A stretch of DNA of 64,000 bases, taken from the NCBI GenBank assembly GCA_013239625.1, contig MU053472.1:930001-994000 (forward strand), read 5' to 3'. This stretch comes from Lama guanicoe. Taxonomy: Eukaryota. Below, piece after piece: positions 50,289 through 62,808 of this stretch. The notes below the pieces were generated by a model. That model ran no database searches. It saw only the letters and a program-made list of their open reading frames with translations, and was not told the DNA's origin. Both the position numbers and the translations under genes were made by a program. Each line of letters opens with the position of its first letter. Positions within the stretch are counted from its first letter, which is position 1.

Positions 50289-50734
50289 GGGCGGAGGGCT
50301 ACCTGTGACTTACAATTAGGCCTGTAATTGTCAGCCCCCCTCCTGCTGCTGCCAGGCCTCTGAAAATGCTCACTGCCTGCCCCTCTCTCACCTGCAAAAC
50401 AGGGCCCAGCTTCCCCTGGGCCCCTCTGGGCTTGGGGCTGAGGATGAAGCAAATGGATGTCCCCAAAATCCAGCTTAGGAGGGGCTGCATCTAGGCAGAA
50501 TGGTCAAGGAATCAGGCCCTGGGCATTTCCCCTTTCCTGTCTGAGCAGAAATGCTCAGGGGCTTCTTAGGCGCTGAGAAAATACACTTGTCTTCAACATC
50601 ATCGGAGGGATGGGTGCACTTAGAGGGTAGTAAAAAGGCAGAGATGGCTAAGGCCCTCCCCATTAGATTAGAGGACCCCTGCAGGAGGCGAGGGGCCGAG
50701 TTCTCAAGCACTGGATGAAACCCTGTCTCCACTA

Positions 50735-50895
50735 CAGCCATTGCCAAAGTGTGACCCCCAGTAGCATCAGCGTCACCTGGGAGCTTGTTAGCAATGCAGA
50801 TTTTCAGCCACCACCCAGAGGTGGGGCCGTGCAAAACGCGTTTTGATGAGCCCTCCAGGAGATTCTGAGGTTCGCTCCAGTTGAGAACCTTTGCT
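50735..50895. mobile_element. MER5A-like element
   Basis: caaagtgtgacccc..agcatcagcgtcacctgggagcttgttagcaatgcagatt...gccctccaggagattctga...ttgagaacc. Confidence 0.85.
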
Positions 50896-52319
50896 CCTGT
50901 GTATACAGGAGGAGGCCATTAATCAACACAGCTGCCAGTGGTGGTGCTGTTGGCTGAGGGGGTGTGCGGAGAGGTCTGTTTCTTAAATTAAACTAAATGA
51001 TGGCCATTAAGGGGGCCTCCCCTCCACGTAATTAATTCTCCTTTAGCTAAAGGGGCAGGTAAGAATTGGACAGCTCCTGATAATCACGGCGTGCCTCACC
51101 CTCACTCCTCCGCCATGCTCACCGTCTCCAGGGTCCTTCTCTGTGGGCCCCACCACTCAAGTCCGATTTTCTTTCCATGCGGTGACCCTGCTGGAGTCTG
51201 AGATTTGTGAGCTACATAACCCTCACTTCCCCAAGCTCCACACCACTGTCCCCTTCTCCAGGCCAGTCATCCCTCTCGTCAACTCTGTCCTCATCCCCCA
51301 ACTCCTCTGCAGCCACACAGGGTCCCAACGTCCCTCTTTCACCAGAGCATCTCTGCTTTTACTAGCTTGACATGTTAAACTTGTGGGCAGAATTTTGTTT
51401 ACTATTTAAACCACAGGTGTCACAGCGTTAAGAGATATAAAAACCCTGGAGCTGGAAACCCACACTTCAGACCTGATGGACTCAGGCAAACCAGAGTCCC
51501 GGGGCAGATGAGGCCGCCCTTTACTCGCTGTGTGACCCTGCACGAGTCCACTCACCTCTCTGAGCCTCATTTCCACAGCCCTCAGCTGTGAGTGATGCCA
51601 CCTGTCTTGCTAGGCCTTGGTCAGGATAAACAGGAACTTTACGTAGGGAGCACCCAGGCAGCACGAGTTACACACTAGGGTTGGGGACACACTGCCCTCC
51701 CCAGCCACTCCCGTGGGTTCCGGGTGGGCTCAAATGGGGCTCATTCTCATTGACCTAAAGAGGTCTCTGGGTCACAGCAGCTCACCACTTCATCCCGTTA
51801 ATAAATCCAGGAGTCCAGGTGACAGGCCAAGTTCAGCGCAGGCAACAAATCTCTCGTGGGTACCTGTTGTGTGCCAGGTGCCCTGGCAGTGGCTGAAGAT
51901 GCAGAGACGGAACAAGAAAGGACCCTGGACCCTAGAAGGTCAAGTGTGATGGGGAAGACATTTACAATGCATCCTTAAGAACAAGGGAGGAGGCAAATGG
52001 GGCCCCAAATGGAGTAGTTTTGGAGACAGACCTGGGCTCCAGTCTTGGCTTCACCACTAAGTAACCAGGTAGCCTTGTGCAAATGACTTAATCTCTTTGT
52101 GTCCCCTTTTCCTCCTTTATAAGATGGGAAAAATAAGCACTTCAAAGGATGAGGCTTGCGGATGTTATGGGTAAGCAACCGGCATGTGTGGAGGCTCAAA
52201 AAGTGGTGCCATCATTATTATTATTATTATTTTGGTAGTGGGATTCCTTGTCCTCCAGGAGCACTGCCCCCCATTCCTCTGCAGGGTCAGGGGCTGAAAC
52301 CGTTCTGGTGGCTCAGGCT

Positions 52320-52760
52320 TTGGAGCTAACCAGATGATCCTTTAATACACAAAGAAACCCCAAATAGCTTAACCTCAGCCGAGGCACAGAGGGCCCAGCC
52401 GCCCGGCAAATGCTGGCCCAGAATCCCGTGCTCCATTATTGCGTCTGAAAATCCGTTAAAATTTCACACAATTTCCTGCACAGCAGTGCGCTTCATAATG
52501 CTGGGAGCCAAGCCGGCCCAGTAATTGGGACTGGAGTGGGGCAGAGTCCAAAGCAATTAATCCAGCCTCCTTCCTTGTTTGCGCCAGGATAAGCCTGACG
52601 GGGTGGAGAGTAATTGGAAAGGAGCGGCCTCCATCCCCAACTCCAAATTAATATTTTCCTGTCCTGATTTAATTCCACCCGGGAACAGTGACACAGAGAC
52701 ACGCCGTGTCAAGCGCTAAGTAATCCGCCACGAGCCACCTGAGGAGGAGCAAAGGACTTT
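52320..52760. promoter_or_regulatory. Candidate enhancer with homeodomain motifs
   Basis: Repeat-free, CpG retained; agtaattgg twice, TAATCC twice (~52558, 52721), aaattaat, tttaatt. Confidence 0.45.
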
Positions 52761-52909
52761 CCCCTTTCTTTGTGATTGGCGAGGGGGAAAAGGGGATGGC
52801 AGCTAACAAGACAGAACCTCACAAGTTGGAGGGCCTTCCAAGGACAATTGTAGTCTAACTTCCCTCCCAGTGCAGGGACACACCACAAAGGAGGGGGGAA
52901 ATCCGGGAC

Positions 52910-53110
52910 TTGAAAGGCAGATGGACCTGAGTTCAAATCCTGGCTTTACCCTTTAGATGCGTGACCCTGGGCAAATCATTGAAACCCCACTAAGCCTCAG
53001 TTTCCTCATCTGTAAAATGGGAATCACAGGACCTACCATGAATGACTGTCATAGAATTCATTACAATAAATATAAGGCACTTAGTGCCTAGTTAGTGACT
53101 GTAAACGGTC
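52910..53110 (+). mobile_element. MIR SINE
   Basis: gacctgagttcaaatcctggct...gtgaccctgggcaaatca...aagcctcagtttcctcatctgtaaaatggg. Confidence 0.9.
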
Positions 53111-53344
53111 GCTATTTTTCCTGTTACTCTATATTTTATAGCTAGGAGCCAAACAATGGTAAGCTCTGAGAATACAAAGAGAAATCAAACATGGGCCCAG
53201 CCTTGAAGGAACTTGAATTCTAGTCCCATGTATCCAGGACTGGTACACAGTAGGTGTTTAATATGTGCTAGCTCCTTGCCTTCTGCTAATGGCATCCAGG
53301 GGCAGGTGATCATACAACCTCTGCCTGATCACTTTTAATCATTC

Positions 53345-53785
53345 CATTGCTGATGCGTTTGCCTACGGACCTGTCAGCCTCCTCTTGGGCTTCTAGCTGC
53401 CTCCCCGTCCCCTCATCCCCCTGGTTCTGGCCCCACTCGAGGGCCCGCCAGAGAGCCCGGACCAGGTGCAAGAGCTGGGATTCAGGAAGCTGCAGATTTC
53501 TGCTGAAGACTTCGCCGTTCTGACTAAGCCCTTTCCCAGCTGGCTCGGCAGCCTTCTCTAAGGGAGGAGGGCTCCTCTCTCATCCCCGGGGTTCTTACCT
53601 TAGGGCCTCAGGCCTGCTGGGTAACCTGGAAAACTGGAGCGTGATTAAGCTCAACTGCCCACGGCGGTATCCTTCCGCGACCCACATCCCACTCATCCCC
53701 GGAGACCCCTTTCACCTCCCAAATAAACACTTCTATTGAACCCTTGTCTCCAGGATCTGCTTCTGGGTGACATCAAACTGAGACA
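53345..53785 (+). mobile_element. ERVL LTR (LTR16-like)
   Basis: 3' end cacctcccaaataaac...cccttgtctccaggatctgcttctggg...aaactgagaca is typical of LTR16; the 5' boundary is approximate. Confidence 0.7.
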
Positions 53786-55009
53786 ACCAGGTATTCTGTA
53801 AACCCTGAGGCCGGCGCAGCCCTGCTGTGAGGCCTAACAAAAGGCAGCACCAGAAGACGTAGGGGACAGAATATGCTGCCTCAGTACTGGGCAGCTGGCA
53901 CCGCCTAAGGGTTTCCAGGCATTGGCTGGGGTGCCTGGAGACAAGAGATCTCCGGGGATGGATGGGTGGTTGAGTTTAATTCAGCTGCAGGGGCAGGAGG
54001 TGGAGGTGCAGACTTTTTCATGAACGCGTCGAGAGCGCCAGACACCCAGGACACTCAGAAACATTTGAAGGCCACTAGGTAACAGGAATCTTACAGGCGC
54101 ATGAAGGGGCAAGAATCAGGAAGATCGGGTTATTTGTATGCCCTTCCCCGCAGCAGGTGGAATGAAAAAGTTCAGGGATGGGAAGGAAGAAGATGCCCCA
54201 GTGGGCTCCAAACTCCCAAAGAAGCCAAAGCAGGGAGTTACCAGAAAAACCATGTGTTCGACAGAACTGCAGGGAAACTATGCAAATGTCAAACTGATGA
54301 GGAGAGGAGGGGGGAGCAGGAATAAACCAAACATTAAATCACATCAGTAGGAGAATAATAGCTAAACTCCTTCTTACTTGTAGCACTCAATTCTGCAGTC
54401 GATACGGTCCGGAATGAATGAACGGCCTGCTCAGAGCCACATCTAGATTCAATGTGTGTAGCACCCCAAACTCCAAGAGGGGAGCCAGCCAGCCGGGAGC
54501 AATCCTGCCGCACCCCACATCTCCCACCCACAGGGGCTAATGTGCAAGCGGAAAGAGCAACATCTAGACCCTACAACACAGCTGGGGTGAAGAGGGGGGA
54601 GCCCTGCACACAAGCTGGGTGATGTGGAGCAAGTCACGTGCCCTCTCTGAGCCTCAGGGAATCAACATGGGGGCCAGCTTGAGGGGGCTGGTGGGAGGCT
54701 GGGGCAGGAGGCCTGGTAGTTGGCCACAGTGCAGAGAAGGGGAGGCAGCAGATTGACACTCGTGCCCTTTCTCCGGGGCAGCCTCAGTGCTACACTGCTC
54801 TCTCCAAGCACTCTGGACATGTAAAGGACCACTCACCCCAACCTTGGGCTGTGTCCCAGCTATATCCAAAGTTCTAGACATGACTCAGGGCCAGAAGAGC
54901 CTCACCTGTTCTGCCCTCACCCTCCTCAGTGCTCCTGCCCCTGACCTCAGGGATTTCAGTGGACACTTGCAGCTTTTATCTACCCAGAATCGATCTCTTT
55001 TGAAATGGT

Positions 55010-55498
55010 ACCTCAAATTTCCTTGGGAGCCTGCACCCCTCTCCCACTGTGAGTCTTTGTGGTTCTGCAGGGGTCAGAGCCAGGGAAAACTATAGGCCTA
55101 AATCTTCTCTCTGCCCCCTGGCTGTGGTGACTAGTTCATGAGTAGGCATGTGACCTAAGCTGGGTCAATGACATTCAGTCTTGAGAATTTCACTGTTACT
55201 GTTGGAAAGAAGATGCTCCCTTTGTTGAATTATTAGGATATGGGCCCAGTGCTACCGGCAGCCGTTTTGTCGCCATGAGTGGAAAGCATGCCTGAGAAAG
55301 ATGCCTCAAGAGATGAAAGAAGAACAGAGAGAGGAAGACAGATCTGTGATAATGTTGTCTGAAATTCCAGATCACACAGTACCTGAAGACTCCCATGGCC
55401 TCTTTAGTAGTCAACAACTTCCTTTTTGCTTACGCCAGTTTGAGTTTACATTTCTATCAGCCTCTTTCCCCAATCTGCGAAGAATTACGACTGATACA
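55010..55498 (+). mobile_element. Old MLT1 LTR (MLT1J/K-like)
   Basis: ggcatgtgacctaagctgggtcaatga...tttttgcttacgccagtttgagtt...gactgataca. Confidence 0.75.
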
Positions 55499-55779
55499 GG
55501 CATCAACATCCCGTGGGAATTGTGCTAGTGTGTGAACCTCTGCCCACTCTCACCCTCTGGAAGGAATCTTGGACAATGGAGTCCAAATCCATCTTTGGCA
55601 GTGGAGGAAACTGAATCCCAGATTTTTTTTTTGAAGTTACTTATTCAAAGCCACAGAGCCAGTTAGGGGCAGAACTAAGATTCGAACACCAACTTTAAGC
55701 CTCTTACTCCTGTGTGCTTTCTGGACCATTGTGTGATCCATTTCATCTAGTTCTGAAAAGATTTGTATGCAGAGTGTAT

Positions 55780-55781
<2 letters not shown>

Positions 55782-55814
<33 letters not shown>
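55782..55814. repeat. (TG)n microsatellite
   Basis: Perfect TG run. Confidence 0.95.
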
Positions 55815-55816
<2 letters not shown>

Positions 55817-56639
55817 CTGTGTCCTCAGAGAGATACTAAGGTCCTCAAGGGCCAAGCCTGTGCCACTGCCATCCCTGACATCTCCCAGACCCAAGTTAAT
55901 GCAGTGGGTCCCCTAGGTCCCCCTCTGCCTCTGCCCCTGGACATCAAGTATCAGTGGACTTCCTGAGGATATACTGGGTCATGCCCAGAGCTGGGCAGCC
56001 ATGTGGTTCTGGGAATGACACACTGTATGTCCAGGGACAGAGGTCAACCTTTCTGAGACTCAGGCTAATGATGAAGTTGCACAGAGTAAAAATAATACTA
56101 GCAAAAGAGGTAACTTTCATGAGTTATCTCTTGTGAAAAAGTGAGACACCTGCTAAAAAAAAAAAAATACTGAGTGTGTCCACTTTAAGAAAATCCAATA
56201 TCCAAAATCTAAATTTACCCTCTGAATTTAGAGGATCCAGGACAGTTTTATAAAAGGATTCTAATTGTTACAGCAGTTCCATTGAGGATCCAGGGCTGGT
56301 GTCTATAGGCCTCTCCAGCAGGAAGGCAGAAATGAAAGAAACAAAGATTTAGAGATAAAGGACCGAAGCCCTGCCCACTGAGGACCCCTGAGGGGAAGGC
56401 CGGGGTCTCAGCGTGGGCAGAAGAAGTCAGCGGACAACTGTCACGGAGATGCGTGATTGTGTAAGGGGGCACACCTGTCTAAAGCAGCCGCACCATTCCT
56501 AATTGCACTGGGCCAAGCCCCTCTGGTCCATCCAAACAAGATCCTGGACCCCAAATCCTGGGGGAACCTAGGCTCAAGACCAAGCCCAGGAGGGCATCCA
56601 CTGTTCCCAACCCATCACTCCAGCTGCCCAACCCTCCCG

Positions 56640-57000
56640 CTGGTGCCCATCCTCCTGTGGGAGAAGCAAGCTCCATTGACACTGGACTTGATAAGATGAC
56701 TCCTTTTGGCTAACGGAATGGGAGCAGAAGGGACATATGCCACGTCCAAGCAAAAACTTGGAGCATCACATGTTTCCACTGTCTTTCTTGCACTTTTCCC
56801 TCTGCCACTGGAATAGCATGCCTTTGACTGGGGCTGCTTTTGCAGTCTGAACCCAGAATGAAGACATACAGAGCTGAACCATAAATGGTCCACAGCAGAC
56901 GTGTACCATGAGCAAAAACTTAACTTCTGTTGCTGTAAGCCACTGAGATTTGGGGATTGTTTGTTTCTGCATCCCAAACTAGCAAAAGCTGATTAATACA
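56640..57000 (+). mobile_element. Old MLT1 LTR (MLT1I/J-like)
   Basis: Ends tgttgctgtaagccactgagatttggggattgtttgtt...gctgattaataca. Confidence 0.8.
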
Positions 57001-57125
57001 GAGGGCAAGATTCAGAGCTTTAAGGCCACTTCTGACAACCCAGTGGGATAAGGGACTCAGACAGGTTGCTTCAGGTCACTGGGTTACTTAGGAAAATGCA
57101 GATTCCCAGATCCGCTGCTGAGCTT

Positions 57126-57141
57126 TAGCGCCATCTAAAGG
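57126..57141 (-). promoter_or_regulatory. Candidate CTCF site within a MER5-like fragment
   Basis: Minus strand reads CCTTTAGATGGCGCTA. Confidence 0.4.
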
Positions 57142-57649
57142 AGGGGCCTAAGGAATTAGTATTTTTGACAAGCCCTGAAGATGACATACGGGCTGTCAAC
57201 AGGCTATATAACTTGAGAAACCCTGATTTCATCAGTCCAATCTTTTTTGATACTCAGAGAGGCACAGTGATATGCCCAAGGTCACACAGCAAGGTGCTTG
57301 CAGGAAACAGATCTTCAGATCTCTCCTCTGAAGCACGCTTTCTCCAGAGAAATAGAGGGGAAGGTTGAAGGAAAAAGAGAAACTCACAGACTGAAAATGC
57401 AGCTCCAGAGAGAAAGACCAGTGAAGGCCGACAATTCAAGTTGAGCCAGGGTCCAGGTTCCAAGCTGAGGATGAGGCTGCCCTGTGGGCGGGTGGCTAGG
57501 TGACCCCCTGGGACATTCCTTGGAGGAGCAGGGGTGGAGAGAGAGGAGTCAGATTACAGAGCAAGGAGGCTGGAGGAAAGAGATAGAAAAAAAATAAATA
57601 AAAATAGAAGGAAAAAAAGTCTGCCAGCCCTGGTGAGCCCAAACAGCCC

Positions 57650-58055
57650 CAGCATCGCTGCAGGAGCCGCCCCAGCCCTCTTCGATTTTGATGTACAGTT
57701 TGAAACAAATCAATAGCGGTATAATAATACTCAGCACGCTGTGTAATTTTTATATCATTAGTTTTCATTTTCCGCTCCCCATGCATCAAAAAACTTACAA
57801 CGGGCTCGTAAAGTTTATTTAGTATTCCATGAATTCCTAATCAGTTTCATTTCATAATGATTCAGGAGCCGCCCGCTGCCTAGGCCCCCGTGTCAAAAAA
57901 TCGATAAAACCAACACAGTTTTCCTGATGGCGGCTGCAAAAGGATCTATTGTAGGGGAATTATGATTTATGCCCCGGCCTGACCGTGAGCAGCAGCCTCC
58001 ACCCGGCAGCTCAGGGCTGAGGTCTTCGCCAATAATGATTTATGCACCTTCTGTT
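57650..58055. promoter_or_regulatory. Candidate enhancer with ONECUT and PBX-HOX motifs
   Basis: AAATCAATA 57707-57715, AAAATCGATAA 57897-57907, CTCGTAAA 57805-57812, ATGATTTATGC at 57962 and 58035. Confidence 0.55.
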
Positions 58056-59304
58056 GGCCCCACCCAAGCCCTCTCCCTGCCCTAGCTGGCCCCTGACACT
58101 GGGGGGAGGGAGAAGGTCCAGCTGGGAGGGAAGGAGGAAGAAGGCACAAGGGGGAGGGCTGAGCAACCCTGCCTGGGCCCAGCCTCTGCCTCCAGGTCCA
58201 TGCACTCACAGGAAGGCCTGAGCAGAGAAGTGAGATGTTTGGGGAGCCCTACCTGGCCCCAGGGATCTGCAGAGGGAACAGGACTGGGACAAGTGTGCAT
58301 GGGAGAAGCCAGGATAATCCTGGTTCTGCAACTAGAATCCTCACTCCCCTCCAGCCTCTCTTTCTGGCCTCACAGGTAAGCTCTTGGCCCCCACTTCAAA
58401 CCCATGCAGTGACCTCCACTCTTGCCAGCCCTGCCCAGAGGCCCCAAGGAAGCTGAGTGGGAAAGAGTCCCCAGGGTCATGGCGGCCAAAAGGCCTCAGC
58501 TGGACCTCATGGGATGCAGACACAGCTGGCTTCCAGGAATTCTGAGGCTGGAATGGAGACTTCCAAGGCTCCCAAAAGGGAATGAGGGGGTGGGCTTGAA
58601 TCTCTCAGGTGCGCTCTCAGGTGCGCTTGGTTTTTAGGACCCTCTGCCCTCCCCGCCCCTGAACCTCCCATCCCCTTCCTCTACTGGGGTGGGGGGATTA
58701 ATAGGTCTAAGAGACACGTTAATGGCATTGGCATTAAGTCCAACAACTGGTTTAATCAAAAGCAACTAACCTAGCCCAGGAAGAGAGATCTCAGGGCGAC
58801 TTCATGGGGGAGGGGATGCCGTAGTGTGACAGGGGGCCACCAGAATGGGGGCCACCAGCATGTGCACCCCCACCCACCACCTGTCAGCTGGGTCCCTCCC
58901 TCCAGGTAGTGCACGGGGAAGGCTGGAGGGCCTCATGCTGGTGGGTTGAGAGAGGCGGAGTTTCAGGGGCTAGGTACCTGCCAGGACTCCGTTCCTGGTC
59001 CAAGGTGGCACTCCAGCCTTAGACCCAAGTTAGAATAAGCGGCCCTCCTCCTCACACCTTCACTTTCCTCTTCCTTCACTCACTCAGCAAACATCAGGGA
59101 GACACCCCACAGCCGCTCCTCTGCATGTGGCTCAGAGGGGAGAAGGGACTCGCCCAACCTGGCAAAGTCGGGGTTCTAACCGAGGTTTCCATGCCCTACC
59201 CCTCCGCACCCAGCGATCCTCCCACGCCTGGCCTGTGGCCCTCTCTCCAGGGCCAGGGTGAGGGCAGGCTCTCCTTCCATTTCTATTCCTAATCCCATGC
59301 ACAC

Positions 59305-59460
59305 AGCAGCACGGAAAGAGCCAGACTTTGGGACCAGACCTGGATTCAAATTCCGGTTTCTATCATCCCCGGCTGAGTGACCTTGGGCAATTTAATTAAC
59401 CTTTCTGAGTCTGGCGTTCTTCATGTGTAAAATGGGAGTAATAATTTCTGCCCCACGGAT
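59305..59460 (+). mobile_element. MIR SINE
   Basis: agacctggattcaaattcc...gtgaccttgggcaatttaattaacctttctgag...catgtgtaaaatgggagtaataa. Confidence 0.85.
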
Positions 59461-61914
59461 GGTGATGGGTCAAAAGGGCAGGTATATAAAATACCCATCC
59501 CCAGGAGGCCCCTGCTAAATGCTTCCTGCCCTTCCCCCATGCCGATTTGCCTCTCAGCCTCGTTCACTTCCCCCCTAAAAAGTCTCCTGTGTGTGTTGGA
59601 GGTGAGGGGGGGGGCCTGGATATGTCCCCACTCCTCCCAAGATAATTGAGAAACCAAGATCTAGCCAGGACTTGGCCGCAGTCACTATTCTGAGCTGCCT
59701 CCCGGCTTCGTCTGCACAAATCTGAGCCCAGCCCCCGCCAGGGCCTCCACCTGTGAAACAGAGGTGGTTCCTTCTAAGGCTGTAGCCTGGCAGCCCACGG
59801 TCCTGAAAATCACGTCCTAGGAACCAGCAGCTTCTCCCAGGTTGGGAGCCCTCGGGTGGGAGGGGCTGGGTGGGGAGAGAGAGCCTGGATCTGGGGCGGA
59901 AGAAAGGGTGGGACCCTGCCTGGCCCCTTCCATCCCCAAAAGGTTTTCGAGGGGAATCTGGGCTTCTCCCAGTGCAGCAGAGCCCAGACTCCTCCCCATG
60001 GAAACGGAGACCTTGGGGACCGGCTGTCGCTCCAAAGATGCGCGCTTTGCCTCTCCTGCCCTGCCGGTTGGTCGGTTAGTTGCTAGGACCTGCAGCTTTG
60101 GGTCAGGCTGCTGTTGGCTCTCCTTGGTTCTTTCCTTCTCGCCCTGCTCCTGTCTCCCTGTCTCTGTTTTTCAGTCAGCTTCTAATCCTTCTGTCTCTTC
60201 TCTTTAACTCCTTCCCTCCACCACCGGCTTCAGTCACTGGGGAAAATAAACACTCCATCCTGCAAGGCCGGAGGGGTTCTAACACCTCCCCTGCCCCAGC
60301 TGGCAGTGCTAAAAGCCCTGAGATTTCAAGGAATAACCTATCTGCCCTGCTCCCCTTTCTGCTGCCAGGTCCCCCCTCTTTGCCCCCTCAGCTGTTCCAT
60401 CACGCTGGGCTCAGTGACAATCCTACTGGGAAGGTAGCGAAGTGGGCCAGGAGGCTGATCAGTGGCCAGCCCAGGCCCAGAGCTGGACATCCACCTGGCA
60501 CCGCGGTGTGAATGGCGTGAACGCCAGCCTGGCTCTGGCAGCTGAGGCCGCCAGAAGAGCCAGTCTCTCCGTCTCCTGCAGACAACCACAAACACACCCG
60601 GGCTCCTCAACCCAACAGGCAGCTTTACTGCCTCCACTGCCTCCACTGCCTCCCCTCCCTCTCTCTTTGCCCCTCACTCACCTCTCATTCTGCCCGAGAG
60701 CAGAGTCTCAGATGCTCCAACGCCTTGACGACAGTGTCCAGGCTCAAGCTCTCCAGCATCGGCTGTTCCATCTGTGAAATGGGCTCGGTGAGAGTTTTCT
60801 CGTCAAAGCAAAGGGCCAGGGCTGGATTATGTGCTGTGCGGACCGTGATTCCTTCTTTAACAGTCCTCAGAGGTCACCGCACAGAGCTCAGGCCCCAGGA
60901 CTGTGGCCCAAGCAGGGACTCTTCCCCAGGTGACCCTGTAAGTTACAAAGCTCCCCAACTGGCAAGTTGCTGGAGATTAGAAGCTCGTTTGGGGGACAAA
61001 GAGAGTCACAAAGGAAATAAAAAAAAGAGAGACCAGGACCAAAAGGCATCTGTGTCCCACAGTGGGGAGGGGGGTCACTGAGGCTGGAGGGAGTCGGGCT
61101 CCAGGGTCAGAGGACCCTGAGTTTGGAGGTAGATTTGGCCACCTGCCCGGGGAAGGGCATCAGACGGCTATTTAACCTCTGGGAATCTCAGTTACTCATT
61201 TGTAGAAACAACTAGGATCCTGAGCTGCCAGGAGCAGGAGCACCCCGTGGATTCGACAGAAAGTGAGAGGGTGGAGGGAATGAGAGGTGGGCCTCTGGAG
61301 GCAGAAAGAGGTGGCTTTGAATCTCAGCTGGACGGCGGCCTTCCTGTGTGACCTTCAGCGAGCTCCGTAAGAATTCCAAGCTGCCTTGTCCCCACGTGGG
61401 AGTGACCGGCACCCTGGCTCATGGGATTCTGCCGATGACAGATGGCCATGTGGCATTTAGAACATGGAGCTGGCACCCCATAGGTGCTCCTGGTAACTTT
61501 TGTGGCATGGGCACAGTGCCTGGCGCCGAGAGAGGTTCAGTCAATGTTTTTTTGATTTATTATGGGGGAGTGAGGATAAAAATTATTACGAGGGTCCCAG
61601 GTGAATAGGGTGAGGGATGGGCTCTGTCTGCTCATGCCCAGAGCATCTACACTGATGCTCTGTGTCCCCAGAGAACGGCAGGGACTTGGTTCCTATCTGG
61701 CAATGAAAGAAACTGAGGCCCAGAGAGGTTTGGTGGATTTTTCCAAGATCTCACAGAAAGGGAGAGGCAGGACTAAGATGACTCAACACTCCCCAGGCAG
61801 GACTTCAGACTCAGGGAGCATGCTGCTTCCTCGTGCCTTCTCAGTCAATTCCAGGCGGTCATTACCACATGCTGCGTGAGCTCCACCTGGCTCCACGCTG
61901 TGGGTGGGGGGGCT

Positions 61915-62050
61915 TATCTCATTTAATGCTCGCATCACCTGTGACCCTGGTTTTCTTCTGCTCTCCATTTTACAGATAAGGAAACAGAGGCACAGGGAGT
62001 TAGGGGGTTTGTTCGAGGTCATGCTGCTCACAGGTGCTGAGGGCTGGATT
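61915..62050 (-). mobile_element. MIR SINE
   Basis: ttatctcatttaatgctc...ccattttacagataaggaaacagaggcacag. Confidence 0.85.
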
Positions 62051-62808
62051 ATAAGCTCTCATATGTGGAGCCTGTGAACTTGACCAACTAGTTGCCCTGG
62101 CTGACTCAGAGGTGGCCCGTCCAGCCAAACACAGGCTGGTGGGTCCTTGCAGAGGTCAATGTGACAACCCTCCTGTCCCTTCCCCCTCGTCCCCTTCCCC
62201 AGCTCAGGCTGACTGCATGTGAGGGGAGCCTGGGTACCCCAGGGAGGCAGTCCCCACAAGCTCCCTGCATCTGCCATTCAAAATCTTCCCTCTTCTCATG
62301 AGTCTAACCTAAATCCTTCAAGTTTCAGGGCGGTCCTGGGTGCCTCTCACTCACCCTTCCACCATCATTTCCACCCACCCACCGCTAACCTGGTGACAGC
62401 CTCTGGAGGGAGCAAGAAATGAGATCAACAGCCCCACTGGGGGCAGATGGGGCCCACGGCCCAGCCCTCTCCCTGCCCTCAAGTGCCCACAGAAAAGCCC
62501 AGGTTTTGGAGTCAGTGGACCTGGGCTGCTGCCCCAGTTCTGCCTTCCTTAACCATGTGACACTGAGCAAGGATGTTCCTCGACCTTCCTGAGCCTCAGT
62601 TCCTTGTCTGTGAAGTAGAATCCATCATCCTTATGGTCGCCAGGCTTAGACGCCACAGTGGGCCGGCAGCCTGAGCACTGTGCTCCTGGGGCACCTCTTG
62701 GGCTCAAGATGAACACTGCTTTCCTCTCCCGCCTCCCTCTCTTCTCCCTCATCCCCATGGAAACCACGAGGCATTTTCCATGGAAAAGAAAACCTCTGAG
62801 TGTTTTCT

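Noticed and set aside
60628..60654. Short tandem repeats (ctgcctcca x3; ctctcaggtgcg x2 at ~58603)
   Set aside because: Ordinary slippage duplications with no sign of function.
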